DNA of 14,641 bases, taken from positions 1-14,641 of the IMG/VR virus record IMGVR_UViG_3300012347_000520. One strand, given 5' to 3'. Numbering within the stretch: position 1 is the first letter of the stretch; every line of letters starts with the position of its first letter. Positions 8,334-14,004 of this stretch are shown piece after piece. Position numbers and translations under genes: made by a program. This stretch comes from a virus. Lineage: Duplodnaviria; Heunggongvirae; Uroviricota; Caudoviricetes. The notes under the pieces are model-generated. The model ran no database searches, had not been told where the DNA came from, and saw only the letters and a program-made list of their open reading frames with translations.

Positions 8334-8417
8334 TTGACACCCGCGCAATTTTACGAGTAAAATTGGCGCCTTTGGAAACAAAAGTATTCATTTTCAAAAT
8401 GTAACCTTTTGTTTCCA
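8334..8417 (+). repeat. module M3, with inverted-repeat arms in swapped order
   Basis: TTGACA 8334-8339, 18 nt, TAAAAT 8358-8363, TGGCGCC; TGGAAACAAAAGTATTCATTTT 8373-8394 then AAAATGTAACCTTTTGTTTCCA 8396-8417. Confidence 0.88.
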
Positions 8418-8424
8418 AAAAAGA

Positions 8425-8444
8425 AAAGCCCCTCGCGGGGCTTT
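8425..8444. terminator. bidirectional terminator
   Basis: AAAGCCCC-TCGC-GGGGCTTT. Confidence 0.75.
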
Positions 8445-8446
8445 GT

Positions 8447-8923
8447 TTAGTGACCTTGCACGCTTGGCACGTACACGCCTCGAATATTAAAACGATCACA
8501 AACCGCTTTTAGATAACTAATATTATCTTCGTAAAAAACAAAATCAGCGTCTTTGAAAGTTACCAAATTAAAGAACTTTGTCAAGCCATTAATTTTTAAG
8601 GTTTTGCCTGAAATATCCGAACCTTGGGGGCGTGAGATAAAATAATCGGGAGCGCCTAAAATATCATCAACAAATTGCCAATCGGGTTCATTCATTACCC
8701 GCGCAGTTGCAATAATGACATAACAATTTTCGTCTTTTAAGTCTTGGCGGTATTGCTCAAACATTGGCAATAATCCATCATCCATAGCGCGGTATTCATT
8801 TTCGCGCCAGTGGTCAAGGTCAATGCGCGTGCCGTTTTCATCCGTGATTGTGCGATAACGGTGTGAAGAATCTACGATTGTGCCATCCATGTCATAAATT
8901 GCTACGCGGGTAATTTTAGCCAT
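8447..8923 (-). CDS. dmp: HAD-family phosphatase, T5 Dmp-like deoxynucleoside-5'-monophosphatase
   Basis: YDMDGTIVDSSHR, IIATAR, YEDN HAD motifs; recalled similarity to T5 Dmp (WDLDGTIINSFHR...IICTAR); AAGGA RBS. Confidence 0.75.
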   Translation of the reverse strand: MAKITRVAIYDMDGTIVDSSHRYRTITDENGTRIDLDHWRENEYRAMDDGLLPMFEQYRQDLKDENCYVIIATARVMNEPDWQFVDDILGAPDYFISRPQGSDISGKTLKINGLTKFFNLVTFKDADFVFYEDNISYLKAVCDRFNIRGVYVPSVQGH

Positions 8924-8967
8924 TTTGTTTCCTTGTTTAGAAGATTAGATTATACCACAAATTTTCG

Positions 8968-9090
8968 TCATTCAGACAAAAATTGCTCTAATGCGCCCAA
9001 ATATTCTAGCATATTTGCGAATTGTAAGCCGTGGCGATCACAAAAGCGATCAAAGCGGGCAATCTGTGTTTTAGTGTATTTTGTTTTCAT
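8968..9090 (-). CDS. 40-aa leaderless ORF, not in ORF track (MKTKYTKTQIARFDRFCDRHGLQFANMLEYLGALEQFLSE)
   Basis: TATAAT-CTACAC-ATG; fills the gap between dmp and M4. Confidence 0.65.
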   Translation of the reverse strand: MKTKYTKTQIARFDRFCDRHGLQFANMLEYLGALEQFLSE

Positions 9091-9180
9091 GTGTAGATTA
9101 TAGCGCAAAAAATGGCAAAAAGCCGTTTCGATCATTAAAAAAATTAATCGCCCCGATAGCGAAAAACAATCGGAAAATTC

Positions 9181-9268
9181 TTGACAAACCCCAAAATTAT
9201 GTGGTATAATTTTGGCGCCTGAAAATGAGAACTTTTGTTTCTCATTTTCTTTGCAAACAAAAGTATTA
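9181..9268 (+). repeat. module M4
   Basis: TTGACA 9181-9186, 18 nt, TATAAT 9205-9210, GGCGCC, ACTTTTGTTT 9231-9240 / AAACAAAAGT 9255-9264. Confidence 0.9.
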
Positions 9269-9460
9269 CAAATCGTAAACCTTCATTGTGAGATTTAATT
9301 GCACAAAATGGGTTTCTTGATTTATAAAATCAACAATTAGCAAAATCTCGCCATTGTAAAATAATCCCGTATTGGCTTTAATTTCATTTTTTGCCGCTTC
9401 TACGGTCTTGAATGAAGGCCAACCATATACGCGCCCCTTTGTGTTGAATACATCGTACAT
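9266..9460 (-). CDS. hypothetical protein (64 aa, start MYDV)
   Basis: TAA-AA-ATG coupling to the upstream gene. Confidence 0.65.
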   Translation of the reverse strand: MYDVFNTKGRVYGWPSFKTVEAAKNEIKANTGLFYNGEILLIVDFINQETHFVQLNLTMKVYDL

Positions 9461-9462
9461 TT

Positions 9463-9753
9463 TTAATCCCAAGTTTTAAATTGCATCATAAAATCACGGG
9501 TTTGCCCGTTGAATTTCATTTTCACCCATTCTGGGTTTTCTTCAATTTTAATAGGCATATTTTCTGTAATAAATTCCTCCAACATATTAAAAAACCAGTT
9601 AGGAATAACAACAAAAACCCAAACCAGTGGCATGATAACAAAAACGCCAAAAAAGAATTTTAGCACGTTTTGCCAAGAATAAAAGTATTTGAATTTTACA
9701 ATCTGCCAGTTAGCACGTTTGATCTGCCAGAATTTTTTAGTGAGAATATTCAT
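9463..9753 (-). CDS. membrane-anchored hypothetical protein (start MNIL)
   Basis: GAAGGG RBS; one long hydrophobic segment; TATAAT at 9785-9790. Confidence 0.7.
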   Translation of the reverse strand: MNILTKKFWQIKRANWQIVKFKYFYSWQNVLKFFFGVFVIMPLVWVFVVIPNWFFNMLEEFITENMPIKIEENPEWVKMKFNGQTRDFMMQFKTWD

Positions 9754-9754
9754 T

Positions 9755-10108
9755 TTAAGACCCTTCCATTGAAACAATGTCCACATTATAGCACGTCAAA
9801 AAGTGTTTTCGCCATATTTCAAATTCTTTTTCGTGATCTAGTTCTTTGTCGTTTTCCATTTGCCAAGCATGAACATATTCATGTGCCATTGTAGCAAATA
9901 GGTCGATCTGATCTTTAATCTCAGATGTAGCTAAACGGATAATGTGAAAATGCTTTTTAGCATTGATTCTATAACCCTCATACACGGCAAAGCACGAAGC
10001 CCCATCCATGCGAATCACGCGATTCTTACGAAAGTTTACGTGACTTTTTAATTTGAAAATGTCTTGCAACATTAGCTGGAATAAGCGTACATCAACGGAT
10101 CGAATCAT
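9755..10108 (-). CDS. zincin-like metallopeptidase (SprT-related)
   Basis: TMAHEYVHAWQ...DHEKEF (HEXXH plus downstream H). Confidence 0.7.
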   Translation of the reverse strand: MIRSVDVRLFQLMLQDIFKLKSHVNFRKNRVIRMDGASCFAVYEGYRINAKKHFHIIRLATSEIKDQIDLFATMAHEYVHAWQMENDKELDHEKEFEIWRKHFLTCYNVDIVSMEGS

Positions 10109-10109
10109 T

Positions 10110-10289
10110 TTAGTCTACCTGAATATCAATGATTTCTGTTTGTTCTGGGTTCACAATGTAATAAATTGTAAGATTGCCCGCAGAAGCCATGTATGTGTTT
10201 TCGCGTGTCTTTGTGACAGTGTGAAAAGATTTGAAGTCTAAAGCCACGGCTTTAGCTACGATTTCGGGGATTGTGTTTTTCGTTGTCAT
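10110..10289 (-). CDS. hypothetical protein (likely leaderless start MTTK)
   Basis: TATACT-N6-ATG; TAA-A-ATG coupling to the next gene. Confidence 0.65.
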   Translation of the reverse strand: MTTKNTIPEIVAKAVALDFKSFHTVTKTRENTYMASAGNLTIYYIVNPEQTEIIDIQVD

Positions 10290-10380
10290 GTGTGTAGTAT
10301 ACCCCAATTTTCCTCAGTTGTCCCCAATTCGCCATTGTTATTTTCTATTGCCCCGATTAATAAAAACAATCACAAAACGC

Positions 10381-10468
10381 TTGACAACCCCCAATTATAC
10401 GTGGTATAATTGGCGCGTCCAAAATGAGAACTTTTGTTTCTCATTTTGTTTCGCAAACAAAAGTATTA
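10381..10468 (+). repeat. module M5
   Basis: TTGACA 10381-10386, 18 nt, TATAAT 10405-10410, TGGCGC, ACTTTTGTTT 10430-10439 / AAACAAAAGT 10455-10464. Confidence 0.9.
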
Positions 10469-10780
10469 AAATAATACCCTTGTATCTTCTTCGTTAAGTG
10501 TAACGGGGTCGCCGTGTTTGGCTAATTTCAAAAGTTTTTGAGCGTGGTCAAGATCGCCCCAAGCATACACGGAACGCCACCCCCAACAGTCCGAATTATC
10601 AAGCGCCTTAATTGCTTGCTCCTCGGTCATGTAATAAAACCCGCGCCAACCTAATGCGCGCCGCGCCATGCGCTTTGCGATTGCTTTATCGTCTCGCGCT
10701 TTGCGATGCGCCTTGATGTGTTCAATTACATTTTCGCAGGCTTTGATAACCTTTGCGGATTCCATTACAATAGTTGCCAT
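10466..10780 (-). CDS. hypothetical protein (104 aa)
   Basis: AAGGG RBS; extended -10 TGaTATAAT at 10804-10809. Confidence 0.75.
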   Translation of the reverse strand: MATIVMESAKVIKACENVIEHIKAHRKARDDKAIAKRMARRALGWRGFYYMTEEQAIKALDNSDCWGWRSVYAWGDLDHAQKLLKLAKHGDPVTLNEEDTRVLF

Positions 10781-10812
10781 GATGTGCCCTTGTTGAAAGT
10801 TACATTATATCA

Positions 10813-10833
10813 CAAAGGGGCATTGCCCCTTTG
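10813..10833 (-). terminator. hairpin after paralogue 4
   Basis: CAAAGGGGCA-T-TGCCCCTTTG. Confidence 0.6.
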
Positions 10834-10834
10834 C

Positions 10835-11158
10835 TTATTGCTTCTCAGCCTTGATAAAATCAGCAATTGCTTTCAATGCTGTTTTGTTGGCCTTGGTAAG
10901 CGAATCCGCATCCGCTTCGCTCAAGCCCAAAGCCTGTGCGATTGCGTCAGCAAATTCGTCTTTTTTAACAACGGCCTCGCCTGTCTTGGTTTTGTATTCC
11001 TTGGCCTTGTAAACCTTCTCGCGTGAAAGTTTAGCAACAACAGAGCGCACAGATTTGCCAAGCTCGGCGGCCATAGCTTCAACAGTTACGCCTTGCAGGT
11101 AGTCAGCAACCATTTTAGTAGTTTGCTCGGGGGTGTAGTTTACGGCTTTTGCAGTCAT
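10835..11158 (-). CDS. A2/D3-like DNA-binding protein, paralogue 4
   Basis: GGAG RBS; TTGCAT-17-TATACT promoter (11201-11229); ELGKSVRSVVAKLSREKVYKAKEYKTKTG nearly identical to paralogue 3. Confidence 0.85.
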   Translation of the reverse strand: MTAKAVNYTPEQTTKMVADYLQGVTVEAMAAELGKSVRSVVAKLSREKVYKAKEYKTKTGEAVVKKDEFADAIAQALGLSEADADSLTKANKTALKAIADFIKAEKQ

Positions 11159-11177
11159 TTTAAATTCTCCTAAAAAG

Positions 11178-11270
11178 TTAAGGTTTCATCACAAAAACAA
11201 AGTATAACACAAACGGCAAGGCAATGCAAGCGGCAAAGGCCAAAGCATCTAAAGTTTGTTTGATTGTCAT
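11178..11270 (-). CDS. 30-aa single-TM peptide, not in ORF track (MTIKQTLDALAFAACIALPFVLYFVFVMKP)
   Basis: AAGGA RBS; TTGTTT-17-TATAAT promoter (11299-11327). Confidence 0.6.
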   Translation of the reverse strand: MTIKQTLDALAFAACIALPFVLYFVFVMKP

Positions 11271-11499
11271 TTGTATCATTCCTTGTTGCGATGGAATTAT
11301 TATAACGCATAAATCATAGAAAAACAAGATTATTTCAATTATTTTCTAGAGATAAACACCTATAGATTTTGTGCTAGTTTAGTGCTATAATGACTAGGGG
11401 CGGTTATTAGACTCAAGTTTTCACACACACGTGGGGGCCCTACCCCACGGAAAACTTCATAGATAATTCTCATAAACACACAAGGTGCTAAACTATAGC

Positions 11500-11570
11500 C
11501 TAACTGACCCTAAACTGCCCCTAACTACCCAATCTCACCAAACTACCCAAACCCCCCCAAACCTCCCTAA
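11500..11570. repeat. C/A-rich degenerate ~10-bp tandem tract
   Basis: C-runs at 11508, 11518, 11528, 11546, 11552, 11565; almost no G on the plus strand. Confidence 0.65.
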
Positions 11571-11581
11571 AAAAATTCAAC

Positions 11582-11611
11582 TTGCCTAAATACTTGCCCC
11601 CGTGGTATACT
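11582..11611 (+). promoter_or_regulatory. promoter for terS-terL
   Basis: TTGCCT-18-TATACT with TGG extension. Confidence 0.65.
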
Positions 11612-11630
11612 TGCCCCAAAGGATGGATCT

Positions 11631-12137
11631 ATGACCCAATTACCCCAAACACAACCTACCTCTGCGCCTGCCGAGGTATTGCAAATTTCCCCTGAGAACC
11701 TGGAAATTGCCAACGCATTCCTGCAACTACAAGATTCACAAAAAGTTGCCTATGAGCTAGATATTCCCGTGGACATGGTTACCCGAGTTTTAGCCCGTGC
11801 CGAGATAAAGGCTTATGTTAACCAAGTTTTCTTTGAAGTCGGCTTTAACAACCGTTTTCAAATGCGCGAGCTTATGGATACCTTAATTAAGAAAAAGCTT
11901 CAAGACATGTCAGAGTCTGAAACAGGAAGCAATAAGGATATCTTAGATATTCTCGCTCAATCACATAAAATGACCATGGAGCTCATGGACAAAGAAATCC
12001 AGCTTGAAAAACTACGTGCTCAAAATGCAGCAGCCGGAATTAAGTCGCAAGTCAACGTACAAATCAACGAAGGACTCGGTGACGGTACCAAGTACGGTGC
12101 CTTAATATCCAAGTTGATTTCTGGAGAGTCTCAATAA
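11631..12137 (+). CDS. terS: terminase small subunit (T5-type)
   Basis: Directly upstream of terL; N-terminal HTH; recalled T5 TerS similarity (GF.NR, KKL.., DI.DIL..HKM, QVNVQIN). Confidence 0.8.
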   Translation: MTQLPQTQPTSAPAEVLQISPENLEIANAFLQLQDSQKVAYELDIPVDMVTRVLARAEIKAYVNQVFFEVGFNNRFQMRELMDTLIKKKLQDMSESETGSNKDILDILAQSHKMTMELMDKEIQLEKLRAQNAAAGIKSQVNVQINEGLGDGTKYGALISKLISGESQ

Positions 12138-13424
12138 ATGTTAACTATCTCTAGACCAGATGTTGAGCGCGAAGCAATTACAGAGTTTGCAGCTGACAAA
12201 CGATTTATTAAGCTGCCGATTACCAACTACCTTAAATTGCTAGGAATCTGGGAAACTATCAACGAGCCCCAAATTGCGTTAATTAACGCAGTCAACGACC
12301 CTAAGTACCGTTTTGTTTGTGCTGCCTTAGCACGTCGTCTTGGTAAAACTTATATTGCCAACGTTATCGGGCAACTAGTTACACTTGTCCCAGGTGCTAA
12401 CGTATTAATTATATCGCCAAACTACAACTTATCAACAATTTCGTTTGAGTTACAGCGTCGTTTAATCAAACACTTTGACTTAGAAATTTCTCGTGATAAC
12501 TTAAAGGATCGCATTATCGAGCTATCAAATGGTTCGACCATTAGAATGGGTTCGTTATCTACAGTGGATAGTTGTGTTGGTAGGAGCTATGACTTGATTA
12601 TTTTTGACGAAGCGGCTTTGGGAGCCGATGGTGAAGCCGCGTTTAACGTTGCCTTACGCCCTACACTAGACAAGCCTAATTCTAAGGCTATTTTTATTTC
12701 CACGCCTCGTGGTAAAAACAACTGGTTCTCCAGATTTTTTGAGCGTGGATTCTCGGCGGACTTTCCAGAGTGGTGTTCGATTACAGCTGACTACACAGAG
12801 AATGCTCGTATGGCTGAGTCGGACGTTGCAGAAGCTCGTAAGTCAATGTCAAAAGCTGAATTCGAACAAGAATACATGGCCTCATTTAATACGTTTGAAG
12901 GTCAGATTTATCAGCTTGAAGAGCAGCAGATCTTAGACTACGTTCCCTTAGACGGCGATGAATCTATTGCTGGCTGTGACCCTGGTTATCGTGATGCCAC
13001 GGCGTTTGTGGTATTAATCTACCAAACACAAACTGATAAGTTTCATGTGGTTGATGAGTACCTAAAATCCGAAGCTACCACAGACAAGCATGCTGAAGCG
13101 TTTCAGGAACTTATTTCTAAATGGGGCATAGATGCGATCTTTATTGACTCTGCAGCGCCACAGTTTGCGTCAGACTTAGCTTATCTTTATGACATTGCGT
13201 CAATTAAAGCTAAAAAAGACGTACTACCTGGAATCGCGTATGTTCAAACCTTAATCGAAACTGGTCGTTTAGTAGTTGCTCCACACTGTACACATACCCT
13301 AGCTATGCTAGACCAGTACCGCTGGGATACTCGCGAAACCTTGACTATGGAAAAGCCAATCCATGATGAATATTCTCACATGGCTGACGCGCTCCGATAC
13401 GCTTTGTATACTTATACTCTTTAA
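12138..13424 (+). CDS. terL: terminase large subunit (T5-type)
   Basis: Walker A ARRLGKT, Walker B LIIFDEAA, ISTPRG coupling motif, RNase H-like nuclease GCDPG...SHMADALRY. Confidence 0.96.
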   Translation: MLTISRPDVEREAITEFAADKRFIKLPITNYLKLLGIWETINEPQIALINAVNDPKYRFVCAALARRLGKTYIANVIGQLVTLVPGANVLIISPNYNLSTISFELQRRLIKHFDLEISRDNLKDRIIELSNGSTIRMGSLSTVDSCVGRSYDLIIFDEAALGADGEAAFNVALRPTLDKPNSKAIFISTPRGKNNWFSRFFERGFSADFPEWCSITADYTENARMAESDVAEARKSMSKAEFEQEYMASFNTFEGQIYQLEEQQILDYVPLDGDESIAGCDPGYRDATAFVVLIYQTQTDKFHVVDEYLKSEATTDKHAEAFQELISKWGIDAIFIDSAAPQFASDLAYLYDIASIKAKKDVLPGIAYVQTLIETGRLVVAPHCTHTLAMLDQYRWDTRETLTMEKPIHDEYSHMADALRYALYTYTL

Positions 13425-13511
13425 CTAAACTCAAGTAATTATTCCTTATTTTATCATATCTAAGTGTTATGTTCAAATCAATATTTCACACCTGGTGAAA
13501 AATTTTCGTAG

Positions 13512-13540
13512 TTGACATTTCCCTGCTCCGGTGATATAAT
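13512..13540 (+). promoter_or_regulatory. sigma70-type (late) promoter
   Basis: TTGACA-17-TATAAT with TGa extension. Confidence 0.85.
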
Positions 13541-13572
13541 AGGAATAATTACAAAAACGTGCCTAAAAATTA

Positions 13573-13995
13573 ATGGCTAAAAATACGAATAACCGCATCC
13601 CTGTCAAATGGATCAGGGACAAAGCAAAAGCAGCTTACGAGAAACAATCCCACTGTTACGTCTGTAGCAAAACGGAAGATCTCGAACTGCATCACCTTCA
13701 TTCCATTACTATACTGTTGAACCGTTGGGCTGATCGCAAAGGATATGATATATCCACAGACGACGGAATCTTAGCTGTTAGAGATGAGTTTATTGCGGAA
13801 CATCGGATTGAGTTATATGACTTGGTTTACACTTTGTGTAACAAGCACCATGTAGCTTTACACGGCGTTTATGGCAAGGCTCCTGCTTTCGGTAGCGAAG
13901 AACGACAGAAAAACTGGATTGAAAAACAAAAAGCTAAAGCTGAGGGAAGAGCTCCTGCACAGGATTCTTTATCGCTCTTTGGCAAATTCTTGTAA
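13573..13995 (+). CDS. HNH endonuclease, T5 nicking-endonuclease-like
   Basis: CYVC...LELHHLH...TLCNKHHVALH; same terL-nickase-portal synteny as T5. Confidence 0.85.
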   Translation: MAKNTNNRIPVKWIRDKAKAAYEKQSHCYVCSKTEDLELHHLHSITILLNRWADRKGYDISTDDGILAVRDEFIAEHRIELYDLVYTLCNKHHVALHGVYGKAPAFGSEERQKNWIEKQKAKAEGRAPAQDSLSLFGKFL

Positions 13996-14004
13996 AGGAC
14001 AACC

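Noticed and set aside
5547-10468. Modules as a CRISPR array or RNA anti-CRISPR repeats (GTTTCC...GGAAAC resembles repeat ends)
   Set aside because: Spacing is 0.85-1.4 kb with genes between, each copy has its own promoter, the GTTTCC/GGAAAC part is lost in M4/M5, and no cas genes are present.
5547-10468. Integron attC cassette array
   Set aside because: No RYYYAAC/GTTRRRY boxes and no tyrosine recombinase in the window; analogy only.
5591-10471. Peptide coded by the module (MNTFVS..KQKY in M1, MRTFVS..KQKY in M4)
   Set aside because: Frame not conserved: ATG-TAA in M2 and M3, frameshift in M5; no SD.
4831-10497. Plus-strand ORFs 4831-5184, 5498-5725, 6013-6228, 6312-6500, 7974-8285, 9481-9663, 9670-9894, 10053-10241, 10231-10497
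   Set aside because: Antisense shadows of better-supported minus-strand genes or modules; no RBS or motifs.
11500-11570. True telomeric (CCCTAA)n repeat
   Set aside because: Only scattered CCCTAA units in a degenerate tract, in a phage context.
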